Notes: generated by a model not told the origin, from the letters alone. DNA of 64,000 nt from Bdellovibrionales bacterium (GCA_965205945.1 CBDBIB010000001.1:64525-128524); one strand, 5' to 3'. Shown: positions 39,627-49,199, numbered from the stretch's first letter. Made by a program: numbers and translations.

Positions 39627-39890
39627 GAGTCTGTAAATTAGATTATGTAGCTGCGATTTAATTTACAGGCTCATCTTTAAATATAATTTTAAACACATAC
39701 ACTTAAAAAAACGCTTTGTAAGAATAATACACCTTATAAAACATTAACTAAAAGGCAGGAGGGTTTTAAAAAAAATAAACTTTAACTAGCAGACAGCTAA
39801 AAGCTAACTTCTAACTTTTTTTAGAAAAGGCTAGTGAACTAAAAGCGGCTAACACCTGAATAACATTTTTACAAAATAATTTACAGACTC
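39627..39890. repeat. MITE-like element, copy 1 (264 bp), terminal IR gagtctgtaaatt
   Basis: Perfect 13-bp terminal IRs at 39627-39639 and 39878-39890. Both ends are homologous to those of 57244-57654. The left end folds into a 12-bp hairpin (39629-39669). The element fills the convergent yciH/rpoN gap. Confidence 0.7.
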
Positions 39891-39912
39891 TTAATGATCA
39901 CTGTATAAAAAG

Positions 39913-41388
39913 TTAATAAAACTTCTTTCTTTTACTAGAAGGAAGGATTCCTAAAATATCCCTATATTTTGCAACAGTTCTTCGTGCAATATTAACCCCA
40001 TCAGCACTTAAAATATCCACAAGCTTTTGATCTGACAAAGGCTTTTTCATATCTTCTCCTGCTACAAGCTTCTTAATTTTCATTTTAACAGATTCACTTG
40101 CTAAAGAATCTCCGCCTTTAGTTGCAATACTTGAATTAAAAAAGTACTTAAGCTCAAAAATACCTCTTGGAGTATACACAAACTTATTTGTCGTCACTCT
40201 ACTTACTGTTGATTCATGCATTTCAATATCAGATGCTACATCTTTTAAAATCATAGGTTTAATATGCTCAGGACCTTTTTCAAAAAACTCAACTTGATGC
40301 TTAACAATACTTTCAGTCACTTTAAAGATTGTTTTCTGCCTTTGATGAATAGACTTAATCAACCACATAGCTGTCTTTAGCTTTGCATCTAAATATTCTG
40401 CAGCCTCTTTATCCTTAGGTGTTTTTGATTTTTTAAAAGTACTTTCAGCTGTAGATTTTTTATGTGCAAGCCCCCTATAAAATTGTGAAATCTGTAATTT
40501 CGGAAGACCTTCTTCATTTAAACTTACTACATACTCATCACCAATTTTTTTTATATAAACATCTGGTGTTATATACTGTGTATCCGCGCTGGTCATAAAG
40601 GCTCTTCCTGGCTTTGGATCAAGGCCTAAAATAATATTTGCAAGTTCTTGTACCTCTTCTATTCCAATGTCATTTTTTAAAGCCATATTAGTCTTTTCAA
40701 CAATACGCTTGTAATTTTTATTCTGAAGCTCATCTAAATGATGCTCAATCATATATGTTAAATCATGAGTGTCTTCACCTATATTTTTTGCCTGAATCAA
40801 AAGGCACTCTTTTAAGTTTCTTGAACCTACACCTGCAGGGTCAAACTCATGTATAAACTGCAAGGACTCTTCTAGCTCCTCTTTATCTATTTCTGAATCT
40901 TTAGCAATATCTTCTAAAGAGTGGGCTAGATAACCATTATCATCAATATAGGAAATTAAAATTAAAATCTGCTCTAGTTCCTCGTCATTAAAACCTGACA
41001 TATTCGCCTGCCAAACCAAATGATCTTTAAGATCTGCTTCTCTTGAGATAAAATTATCATAGTTAACTGCTTCTAGCTGGCTACTTTGTGATTTAGGAGC
41101 TGATTGATCTGCATAATTATCCCACTCAAACTCATCTTGCTTAGTAGGGTCCTGATCTTTTACATTGTCAGAATCCTTGTTTCCAGTGTTCATCTTAAGC
41201 TCTTCACCTGGATCACCCTCTGCTGTATCAATCATCTCTTCTAACAAAGGGTTTTCATTAAGCTCTTTTCTTATTGCTGTTTCTAACTCAAGTTTTGAGA
41301 GTTGAAGCATTTTAATTGCTTGCTGGAGTTGAGGAGTCATTCGAAGCTGTTGTGACAGCTTCATGCTTTGCTTTAGACTAAATCCCAC
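39913..41388 (-). CDS. rpoN: RNA polymerase sigma-54 factor
   Basis: GTG start; LSQQLRMTPQLQQAIKMLQLS region I; RpoN box ARRTVAKYR. Confidence 0.95.
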   Translation of the reverse strand: MGFSLKQSMKLSQQLRMTPQLQQAIKMLQLSKLELETAIRKELNENPLLEEMIDTAEGDPGEELKMNTGNKDSDNVKDQDPTKQDEFEWDNYADQSAPKSQSSQLEAVNYDNFISREADLKDHLVWQANMSGFNDEELEQILILISYIDDNGYLAHSLEDIAKDSEIDKEELEESLQFIHEFDPAGVGSRNLKECLLIQAKNIGEDTHDLTYMIEHHLDELQNKNYKRIVEKTNMALKNDIGIEEVQELANIILGLDPKPGRAFMTSADTQYITPDVYIKKIGDEYVVSLNEEGLPKLQISQFYRGLAHKKSTAESTFKKSKTPKDKEAAEYLDAKLKTAMWLIKSIHQRQKTIFKVTESIVKHQVEFFEKGPEHIKPMILKDVASDIEMHESTVSRVTTNKFVYTPRGIFELKYFFNSSIATKGGDSLASESVKMKIKKLVAGEDMKKPLSDQKLVDILSADGVNIARRTVAKYRDILGILPSSKRKKFY

Positions 41389-41406
41389 ACCCTTCTCCTT
41401 GCCTTG

Positions 41407-42153
41407 TTACATTCTAAAATCTTCACCCAAATAGTTTTCTCTTGCTCTTTGAGAGTTTAAAATCTCTTCAGGCGTCCCATCTAAGATAACCTTTCCAGAA
41501 TCTAGTAAATAGGCTCTATCACATATCTTTAATGTTTCTCGGACGTTATGATCAGTTATTAAAATACCTAGACCTTTATTCTTTAAAAATAAAAGAATTT
41601 TCTGTATATCCTTTACTGCAATAGGATCAACCCCGGCAAAAGGCTCGTCTAAAAGTAAGAAATCTGGCCCTCCAGCCAGTGCTCGAGCAATCTCTACACG
41701 ACGCTTCTCACCACCAGACAACGATTTTCCTAAGCTTTGAGTAATCTTTTCAATTCCAAACTCTTTATAAAGCTTACTTGCTCTAGATTTCATTTCAATT
41801 TTCTTAATACCTGAAGCTTCTAAAGCAACAAGTATATTTTCTTCAACTGTCATTGTCTTAAAAATACTTACTTCCTGAGGAAGATAACTGATTCCAAGCC
41901 GTGCACGCTTAGACATACTTAAACGAGTGATATCTTCATTTTTATAAAAAACTTTACCACTATCAGCAGTAACCAATCCTAACACCATGTAAAAACTTGT
42001 GGTCTTTCCTGCACCATTTGGCCCTAAAAGCCCTACAACCTCATTAGTTTTAATATTCATTGAAACAGACTTAACTACAACTTTTCCCTTATAAGATTTT
42101 GATAGGCTTTGAACTCTAAGCTTTGCTATTTCTATATTTTCATTACTCATCAA
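41407..42153 (-). CDS. lptB: LPS export ABC transporter ATPase
   Basis: [26 protein letters not shown]. Lies between the lptC/A-like gene and rpoN. Confidence 0.9.
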   Translation of the reverse strand: MMSNENIEIAKLRVQSLSKSYKGKVVVKSVSMNIKTNEVVGLLGPNGAGKTTSFYMVLGLVTADSGKVFYKNEDITRLSMSKRARLGISYLPQEVSIFKTMTVEENILVALEASGIKKIEMKSRASKLYKEFGIEKITQSLGKSLSGGEKRRVEIARALAGGPDFLLLDEPFAGVDPIAVKDIQKILLFLKNKGLGILITDHNVRETLKICDRAYLLDSGKVILDGTPEEILNSQRARENYLGEDFRM

Positions 42154-43105
42154 GTTTCATTCCTTTTTTTGTAGATTTAATATTACCCCTAATCACTTGA
42201 ATATTATTTTGTTTATTAGTAATTAATATCTCCTCACCCATTATTTCATTTTTTCCAATTCTAATACGAGGATTGCCTTGAAAAATAATAACATCTTCAT
42301 CTATTCTTATTTTAACCCTTTCAGAAAGGGCAGTTTTAATTCCATCTGATGCAAGGATGTCTCCATCAATTTGTATCGATTTTAAATTTTTAGTTTTTTC
42401 ATCGTATAAAAAATAAGCTTCATTGCCTTTAATATTAAAGTTTTTCTGAGAAATTCTTAAATTTCCACTAAACCGAATACTCTTTAAAAAGGATTTAAAC
42501 CGAGCTCTATCACTTTTAATTAAAATATCTTTATACTGTTTAACTGATTTTTGACAACTTACCTCTGAAAGAAGCTCCACCTCTCCTGTTTCAACATCCC
42601 CTTTAATTCCTTTTGAAAACACCTTAAACTCTTCATCTTTATTATATACTTTTACCATATTATTAGAATAAAAAGTTTGTCTTTTATCTCTCCCTTCTCT
42701 AATATTTAAAGTATCTGTTTTAAATATATATCCATTTAAAAAATGAACTTTAACACCACCTAAGATATTTATAAGCCTATTGTTTAAATCCACACCTCCA
42801 CGACCTCCAACAAACCTTACTTCAGACTTTTTCCTCTCCTTAAAACTCCCCTTTATTTTAAATAATTCCCACAAACCATCTTTAAAACTTTCAGCTTGAT
42901 TTGAAAAAATCTTCCACTCCAAGGCCCCATTTCTATAAACACTTAAATCCATTTCATTAACCAGATGTGTTGCAATTGAGACTTTAGTATTTTTAACAGT
43001 CCGCTCAATATCCACAACTCCTCGTAACAAATATTGAGGCAATAAAACAAAAATAATAAATGTGATAAATAAAACAAAATTCAATTTAAACACTTCCTTT
43101 AGCAA
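42143..43105 (-). CDS. LptC-LptA-like (OstA fold) periplasmic LPS transport protein, apparently a single fused ORF
   Basis: 320 aa; N-terminal TM anchor followed by two beta-jellyroll-like halves. Its stop overlaps the lptB start, and no separate lptA or lptC lies nearby. Confidence 0.6.
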   Translation of the reverse strand: MLKEVFKLNFVLFITFIIFVLLPQYLLRGVVDIERTVKNTKVSIATHLVNEMDLSVYRNGALEWKIFSNQAESFKDGLWELFKIKGSFKERKKSEVRFVGGRGGVDLNNRLINILGGVKVHFLNGYIFKTDTLNIREGRDKRQTFYSNNMVKVYNKDEEFKVFSKGIKGDVETGEVELLSEVSCQKSVKQYKDILIKSDRARFKSFLKSIRFSGNLRISQKNFNIKGNEAYFLYDEKTKNLKSIQIDGDILASDGIKTALSERVKIRIDEDVIIFQGNPRIRIGKNEIMGEEILITNKQNNIQVIRGNIKSTKKGMKLDE

Positions 43106-43196
43106 AAAATGCTAATACAGTTGTTTCATAGTGAGATTATCCCTGCAATTAAAATTTTTTATTCATCTCCAACAATAAATTTACCGAAAACTAAGT

Positions 43197-43676
43197 ATGA
43201 TGTGGTTTGTTCTATATGACCAAGAAGTCTTAGGCCCTTTTAAGAAAGAGCATATATTAAGTTCCTTTAATGATGAAGTTTTAATCTGGGGACCTAGTTT
43301 AGAAGCATGGAACAATAAAAATACATGGAAAACACTTTTAAACAACTCTAAAAAAATTACATCACAAAGTCCTTTTATAATCCCTGAATCAACAAAAAAC
43401 CTTGCTAGTGGAAAAATAGTTGATAAAACACAACTTAAGCCCAAAATTAGAAAACCTCAGCTTTCTGTAACAAAAATTCAAAAAGACCAAACAAAATGGT
43501 ATTACGCATGTAATAAAGAAAAATTTGGCCCTTTTACAGAGCTTGAACTTGTTAAAGTACTTCAAATACTTAACTTTTCATCTCAAATCTATATTTGGAA
43601 TAAATCTCTAAGCAACTGGAAAAAACTTGAAGATATCCCCCAAGTCGTTTCACAAATTACTAAAGTTGCAGCTTAA
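43197..43676 (+). CDS. Tandem GYF_2 (DUF4339) domain protein
   Basis: WFVLYDQEVLGPFKKEHI and WYYACNKEKFGPFTELELV are two GYF_2-like modules. Confidence 0.6.
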   Translation: MMWFVLYDQEVLGPFKKEHILSSFNDEVLIWGPSLEAWNNKNTWKTLLNNSKKITSQSPFIIPESTKNLASGKIVDKTQLKPKIRKPQLSVTKIQKDQTKWYYACNKEKFGPFTELELVKVLQILNFSSQIYIWNKSLSNWKKLEDIPQVVSQITKVAA

Positions 43677-43687
43677 AAAAAGTCTGT

Positions 43688-43915
43688 CTATCTTTCTTTT
43701 GCGCAAAAAATATAACTTATTATATGAAAAGAAGGGTTCATCATTAATCTCTCTGGTTCTTCACTAAAATTAAGGTTTCTTTCAAAGTTGCCGTTTACTA
43801 CCCATTCTTCTATAAGATTTCCATTTTCAGTAACACGTACAGCACTTGTATACTGTTTATAGAAAGGACCTCTATACTTTCTATAAAACCCTAAAAGTTC
43901 TTTTTCAGTTATCAT
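43688..43915 (-). CDS. Small hypothetical protein (75 aa)
   Basis: Its ATG at 43915 overlaps the stop of the upstream small ORF (ATGATAACTGA). No recognisable family. Confidence 0.35.
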   Translation of the reverse strand: MITEKELLGFYRKYRGPFYKQYTSAVRVTENGNLIEEWVVNGNFERNLNFSEEPERLMMNPSFHIISYIFCAKER

Positions 43916-44156
43916 ATAAAATTCTAGGCCAAACGTAGAAAAAATCTTTAGGAGCGTATAAATTATATTCAATACAAGATATGGGCTCTTCTAACCTGAG
44001 ATCTTTTAAAGTAGGAGCTTTGCTTTTGGCAAAAAATGATTTTAAACTAGAAGCACTTAGATCTTGTAGGGCTGTACTGCAAAAGATACACGCAAATAAG
44101 ATAAAATTAGTAGTACTACAAAGAATGCCTTTTTCATATGCTCTTCTTATGAACAA
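43905..44156 (-). CDS. Small hypothetical protein (83 aa) with hydrophobic N-terminus
   Basis: Signal/TM-like segment ILCSTTNFILFACIFCSTALQ. Overlaps the downstream small ORF by 11 nt. Confidence 0.35.
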   Translation of the reverse strand: MFIRRAYEKGILCSTTNFILFACIFCSTALQDLSASSLKSFFAKSKAPTLKDLRLEEPISCIEYNLYAPKDFFYVWPRILYDN

Positions 44157-44407
44157 AGTTACTTCATTTTAAAGTTAAATTTTTTTTTGAATAAAGGGCA
44201 ATATTAAAGCCCTATTAAGAAAAATTCACAATTTAAGCCTACCTAGTTACTGGGAAAAATAAAAATGACTTTTATTCAAATATTAAAACTTCATTGAAAG
44301 TTATATTTTTCTTCAGTCTTAGTAGGCAGGCTTCTATCCATAGAATAGGAGCTTTAATTTACCCTCTCTAAAAAATTAATAAAGTATATTCTAAAAGCAA
44401 ATTTAAT

Positions 44408-45223
44408 TTAGTACATAACTCCAGGAATACGTAGTTCAGGAGCTTTGCCACCAACAAATTTCTCCCAAAGCTCTTGATAACGTCCAGATCGGACCTGGTG
44501 GGTTACAAACAAGTTCAGATAATTAAGCCAGCCGAAGTCTTTTCTTGGGCCAATAATTGATGTATAATCCGTTCCCCATACCATGCGAGGACCAGCAATA
44601 ACCGTGTCATATTTAGCGACAATCGATTTTACAGCGGTGTTTGTCGTGATCCCCGCATCCGCCCTACCTTGAGCAACAGCTAAGTACACTTCATTTTCAT
44701 TTGGATACGCCGTATAAAGGCTCTCTGTTCCCCATTTCTTCGCATATTTAAGAAACTCCACCTCTTGAATCGTACTGACGGCGGCCGCAACTCGCTTGCC
44801 TTTCATATCTTTAAAAGTCTTGATACCAGAGTTTTTACCAACCACGGCTTGGGCGTAATAGATAGCATAGGGGATTGAAAAACCCACGCTCTTAGCGCGT
44901 TCCAAAGAATCAGAAGTCCCCCCGAAGACAACATCAGCTCGATTTGTGACAATAAAAGGTAATCTCTCAGCCCAAACCAGAGGCAAAATTTCAAACTCAA
45001 CCTCCAGGGCTTTTGCCATGTCCTTACAATATTCCACATCAAAACCTGCTGGTTTGTTATCCTTATCACGATATCCGATCGGTGGAAAATCAAGAACCAC
45101 TCCACAGCGAAGCATGCCTTCATTAATCACATCATCTAGTTTATCTGCTTTAGCTGGACTAATACCGGCGGTTATTATTATGGCAGCTGTTGCTGCAATT
45201 ATTGTAGAATGTAGTAGCTGCAT
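44408..45223 (-). CDS. Periplasmic solute-binding protein, family 3 (amino-acid-type ABC SBP), orphan
   Basis: 271 aa; signal peptide and SBP_bac_3-like layout (GFDVEYCKDMAKAL, RADVVFGG). Visibly more GC-rich than its neighbours. No permease or ATPase gene is adjacent. Confidence 0.75.
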   Translation of the reverse strand: MQLLHSTIIAATAAIIITAGISPAKADKLDDVINEGMLRCGVVLDFPPIGYRDKDNKPAGFDVEYCKDMAKALEVEFEILPLVWAERLPFIVTNRADVVFGGTSDSLERAKSVGFSIPYAIYYAQAVVGKNSGIKTFKDMKGKRVAAAVSTIQEVEFLKYAKKWGTESLYTAYPNENEVYLAVAQGRADAGITTNTAVKSIVAKYDTVIAGPRMVWGTDYTSIIGPRKDFGWLNYLNLFVTHQVRSGRYQELWEKFVGGKAPELRIPGVMY

Positions 45224-45354
45224 GGAAAACCTTATCCTTTCATAAGTTAAGTCGGGAAAGAGAAGAAGAGAAGCTGCCCCGGCAAGTCAAATAATTTGAC
45301 CTTAGAAATACTTGTATCAAGCATAATATAAAATTTGTCAAGATTACCCTTTTA

Positions 45355-45789
45355 TGTCCGTCCTGACAGATAATTTACATTTTAACAAGAAGAGTTTGAG
45401 AAATTTATGAAAATCTATAATTATGAAGCCCCCATGAAGGGATAAATAATAAATACCCCTGTAAAGCTTATAGACTGTCTGTAAGAGAGTACAAAAAGCC
45501 TGAGCCTTTTTTATACTACCCCTTCCATGATAAAACCATTAGAGTGACTCAATATGGAAGAGTTTGTACTAAAAACTTAAAGGTGAGTTTATCAAGGGCT
45601 TTTGCAGGGGTGGAGGCAGGAGTTAAGGAAATGGAGGACGGGTAATTAGTTTTTTAGATTATGATTTAGGATATTTTGATGATAAAAATAAACGAGTGGA
45701 GCAAAGCCGATCCTTTTGGTTTAGGAAAAGTGTAAACCATGTCTCCGATATATTTTGTAAACCATGTCTCGGGTATGGACCTCTGGACC
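45355..45789 (+). mobile_element. Internally deleted rve/IS481-like element abutting the tRNA-His 3' end
   Basis: The left end (tgtccgtcctgacagataatttaca) and the right end are imperfect inverted copies. The right end carries two direct tgtaaaccatgtctc sites (45731-45745 and 45756-45770) and finishes with tctggacc 10 nt from the tRNA. Confidence 0.7.
45420..45745 (+). pseudogene. C-terminal fragment of an integrase-core (rve, IS481-like) transposase, disrupted by in-frame stops/frameshifts
   Basis: Translates, with interruptions, to PHEGINNKYPCKAYRLSVREYKKPEPFLYYPFHDKTIRVTQYGRVCTKNLKVSLSRAFAGVEAGVKEMEDG / LVxFLDYDLGYFDDKNKRVE / PFGLGKV. This matches the remembered C-terminal pattern ERPHEALG...YP.HD...V...G.I.....LS..AG..VG..E..D..W.V.F....LG.FD. 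Confidence 0.65.
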
Positions 45790-45799
45790 TACTTGAAAA

Positions 45800-45876
45800 T
45801 GGGGCGATCGACGGGGCTTGAACCCGCGACAACCGGAATCACAATCCGGGACTCTACCAACTGAGCTACGACCGCC
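45800..45876 (-). tRNA. tRNA-His (anticodon GTG), with G-1 and encoded CCA
   Basis: Reverse complement: GGCGGTCGTAGCTCAGTTGGTAGAGTCCCGGATTGTGATTCCGGTTGTCGCGGGTTCAAGCCCCGTCGATCGCCCCA. It folds by hand as a cloverleaf with anticodon loop TTGTGAT. Confidence 0.9.
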
Positions 45877-46028
45877 ATAATAAACTTGAAAGAAAAACCT
45901 AGTGTAAATCTATAAAATGAGCAAGCAAAGATTCTTAATATGTGATGATTCAAATTTGATCTTAGAGTATCCTGAAAAATTAGCAATTAGCCTTTAACTG
46001 TCTATAAACTTCTACACATTAAATACAG

Positions 46029-46838
46029 TTATAATACTAAAGCCACCCTTTGTCCTTTCTTTAATACCACAGGTGGAATTTCTTCACCTTGCTTATTTAA
46101 AAAAAAGTATAGTGACAAAGCATTTAACAGAGCTTCAAAATTTCCTTTATTTTTAATTAAACTTTCTTTATCTTCTTCATAAAGAAAAAAGTCTTTTTCA
46201 ATTTTTTTTAAAAAAAATCTTCGGTTATCCTCTTTCATTTTTGATTTATAAAAATTTTTTAACACAGATTTTCTTAAACCGTATTTTAAACCAATTCTCC
46301 ATAAAGACACCTTTGGAAAAGTTTCAATAAATTTAACTCTTTTAAGGCCTTTAACTAAAAACTGTCCTCTACCATAAAAAGAGGATCTACTTGACCCAAA
46401 TGCAGGCTCTAAAGGAAACTTTTCCTCAAGTAAATTCGCCACATAATAGTCTAAAGCTCTTTCTAAATAAGGTGATGGTATTTTTCTACCCTTAAAAGAG
46501 GTTAAACTTAATTTATTAGCTTTTTTGTATTCTCTTACAAGCCACTTAACCTCCATAACCTTACAGGCGTTCACTCCTGGGCAAAGCTTCTCACACCCAA
46601 TACATGGAGGGGAAAAAAGAGGAAAGTTTACCCCTACAGCTTTAACTCCCTTATAAGATAAAATTTGTTTTTTTAACAGCTCATCTGGATAATAATCTAA
46701 TTTAGAATTTTTAAAATCATCAGTTATATTAGAAAGAACAACCTTATTATGGCCTTTATACTTTTCTAAGACTAAAAGACTACTCTTATCTTTTTTAATG
46801 CCACTTAAATTTAACCCTAAATACAATTCTTTTTTCAC
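46029..46838 (-). CDS. Hypothetical protein with a CxxCx3Cx5C cluster (possibly DUF429/RNase-H-like fold)
   Basis: 269 aa. Its GTG start directly follows the TAG stop of the GHMP kinase gene. Motif PPCIGCEKLCPGVNAC. The family assignment is a guess. Confidence 0.5.
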   Translation of the reverse strand: MKKELYLGLNLSGIKKDKSSLLVLEKYKGHNKVVLSNITDDFKNSKLDYYPDELLKKQILSYKGVKAVGVNFPLFSPPCIGCEKLCPGVNACKVMEVKWLVREYKKANKLSLTSFKGRKIPSPYLERALDYYVANLLEEKFPLEPAFGSSRSSFYGRGQFLVKGLKRVKFIETFPKVSLWRIGLKYGLRKSVLKNFYKSKMKEDNRRFFLKKIEKDFFLYEEDKESLIKNKGNFEALLNALSLYFFLNKQGEEIPPVVLKKGQRVALVL

Positions 46839-47840
46839 CTAAGAACCTATAAGCTGAAATGGAAGAACTAAGATTTTTTTATTAAGTAATGATTCTTGTA
46901 CTATTTTCTTATCTCTAGGGTCATGAAGCACTAAAACACAACCCCCACCGCCAGCTCCACAAATTTTTAAAGATAAAACTTTATCAATAGTCATTAAATA
47001 TTCTAAAAAAACATTTAATTTTGAGCTAACATAGAATTTTGAAACTTCTTTTCTTGCTAAAAGTTCTTGTTTAAAACACTTTGAGAGTTCACTTAAGTTT
47101 TTAGATTCAACAGCTTTTTTAGTCTCAATTGAAATTCTAGCTATTTTGTTAAGAGAGTTTTCTACTTTTAAGTCCTTATCAATATACTCTTTTAATATAT
47201 TCCAATTATTTATCCCTGAATGATGCTTAATCTGAGAATCTACTATCGTTATACAATCTTTCCAATAACTTAAAGATTTACTCATATCAGATCTTATAAA
47301 CCCTGATGTTTTATATTCAATAAAATTAAAACCCTTTTTAATAGGTGAAAAATAATCTTGAATACCTGCAGGAGTTTGAAGCACTTTAGATTCAATATTT
47401 CTAGCTGCTTCCACAATACTTTTTTCAGTATAATCCTCTTTATTAACACTAAATAAAACTTTAAGAATTGAAATAAGTAAGCTTGAACTTCCACCAAGTC
47501 CTGAGCCTGTTGGAGATTCAGATTTTATATGCCATTTTCCAACACCATTTTTTTTATTATCTAAAACAGAGAATGCCTCCTGCAACAAAGATAGTTTAAT
47601 GTCTTTGGTTTTTAAAAAACTGTTTAACCCTAAAAATTTAAAGTTTTCTTTAAAATCAGGACTTTGAACAAAGATTGTCATTTCATGTCCTTGCTCAAAA
47701 ATAACTGACGTGTAACAGGAAATTGAGCAGTTCACGGTAGATGCATTAGGAACTAAGGCTGATAATGGCCAAAGATCTAGAGTTCCTCCTGCTAAATCAA
47801 CTCTTGTTGCAGACTTTGATTTAAAAGTTCTTTGAATCAT
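46839..47840 (-). CDS. GHMP-family sugar kinase (HddA/fucokinase-like, COG2605-type)
   Basis: RVDLAGGTLDLWPL, PTGSGLGGSSSL and KICGAGGGGCVLVL correspond to GHMP motifs I-III. Confidence 0.75.
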   Translation of the reverse strand: MIQRTFKSKSATRVDLAGGTLDLWPLSALVPNASTVNCSISCYTSVIFEQGHEMTIFVQSPDFKENFKFLGLNSFLKTKDIKLSLLQEAFSVLDNKKNGVGKWHIKSESPTGSGLGGSSSLLISILKVLFSVNKEDYTEKSIVEAARNIESKVLQTPAGIQDYFSPIKKGFNFIEYKTSGFIRSDMSKSLSYWKDCITIVDSQIKHHSGINNWNILKEYIDKDLKVENSLNKIARISIETKKAVESKNLSELSKCFKQELLARKEVSKFYVSSKLNVFLEYLMTIDKVLSLKICGAGGGGCVLVLHDPRDKKIVQESLLNKKILVLPFQLIGS

Positions 47841-49195
47841 CTACTCACTTCTTCATTAAATTTAAATTTAAAAATATCATTTATCTCTTGCTCTAATGCT
47901 ATGGCATAAGCCTTTTGAAGTTGATTTGTTGAAATTAAAACACATTGTTTTAATTGACTTTCTTCCTTACACTTAATACTTTGCCCTATGGAGTATCTTA
48001 CAAGATTTTTTTTATTCTTTATAAGGTAAATTCTTTTTTTTGCACTTTTAAAAATAATTTTTTTATCTGAAATAAATCTTTTATAATTTATCTCCTTAAG
48101 TTTATTTAAAAACATAAAAACTCTTGCTCCATTAAAACTATCCTGTTGTTTTTCATTCTTACCTAAAACCCAAATATTATCCTTAAATTTAAATGCTTTA
48201 GACTTCTCTCCTACTCTTATAGTAAGTTGATCAATATCTCCATTAGGCGTATTTCCATCAATGTCTTTAAAAGACCTTAAATCTAGTGGGTCAACTATAA
48301 GAGCGTTTTTAGCTGTTTTATCTACACTAAGAGTATGCTCAGATCTATAACTTGAAACCGCATAACCTTTTTTATAAAAATTTAAAGAAAGCTCCTCTCC
48401 TGTATCTGTGTTTATAACAAGACTTGAAATTTTATCTTTTAAATCCACCTTTTTCTCACTAAAGCCCTCATGTAAATAAGTTTTTAACTCCTGTATATAT
48501 GAATTTACTTTTGCCTCATCAAAGTTCCAACTTTTAAAATCATTAGATCTCCATATGTCTTCTTTAATTAAAGATAAATACATTTTCCCTTTTTTATAAA
48601 AAGAGATCTTTTTAGGAAGACTTAAAGGATATGGCACCTCCCAGTTAAAAAGCTGTAAACTCCTTAAGCTCTCTATCTTTTTAGAAAAAACATCTTTCCA
48701 CTCATTACTTGAAGAATACAGTTTTTCTGTTTCCTTAAAACCTACCCTTAAATAAGTACTCCCATCAAAAGCCTCTTTTTCTGAAAGTTGAACAAGAGTT
48801 TTTTCTCCTGAATCTGTAATATACACTATTTTATTTAATTCCTTATCTAAAGAAAATTGAGCCCAATTTAAAGGTTTTTCCCCATCACTAAGGTTTCGCC
48901 CTTCTTGAGAAAGCCCTTTTGAAACCCATTCCTCTGTCACTCTATAGTTTAGATAATCTGTATATGGAGAAACTATTTTCCATATGAACTTTTTTTTATC
49001 TCTTTCTAAAATATAATTCTTAAATTTAACTTGTTTGATTTGATTTGAACCAAATTGTACAACTCTGCTCTGATTTTTTTTAGTCTCCTCTTCTTTTTGA
49101 AACTTTTTAATCTCTAAAACAGTCAGCACAGCAATAAATGAAACAATTATAGCAAAAACAACAGTTTTTATAAAATCTTTTTTTAAAATACGCAT
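47837..49195 (-). CDS. DUF4340-like membrane-anchored protein associated with GldG-type ABC systems
   Basis: 452 aa; N-terminal TM segment. Its position directly after the GldG-like gene is typical of DUF4340. Confidence 0.5.
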   Translation of the reverse strand: MRILKKDFIKTVVFAIIVSFIAVLTVLEIKKFQKEEETKKNQSRVVQFGSNQIKQVKFKNYILERDKKKFIWKIVSPYTDYLNYRVTEEWVSKGLSQEGRNLSDGEKPLNWAQFSLDKELNKIVYITDSGEKTLVQLSEKEAFDGSTYLRVGFKETEKLYSSSNEWKDVFSKKIESLRSLQLFNWEVPYPLSLPKKISFYKKGKMYLSLIKEDIWRSNDFKSWNFDEAKVNSYIQELKTYLHEGFSEKKVDLKDKISSLVINTDTGEELSLNFYKKGYAVSSYRSEHTLSVDKTAKNALIVDPLDLRSFKDIDGNTPNGDIDQLTIRVGEKSKAFKFKDNIWVLGKNEKQQDSFNGARVFMFLNKLKEINYKRFISDKKIIFKSAKKRIYLIKNKKNLVRYSIGQSIKCKEESQLKQCVLISTNQLQKAYAIALEQEINDIFKFKFNEEVSR

Positions 49196-49199
49196 TTAA

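Noticed and set aside
43181-43444. 87-aa minus-strand ORF
   Set aside because: It is antisense to the GYF_2 gene, which has recognisable domain motifs.
44803-45245. ORFs 44803-45123 (-) and 44946-45245 (+) overlapping the SBP gene
   Set aside because: They are alternative-frame or antisense ORFs favoured by the locally higher GC content. The SBP frame has a signal peptide and family motifs.
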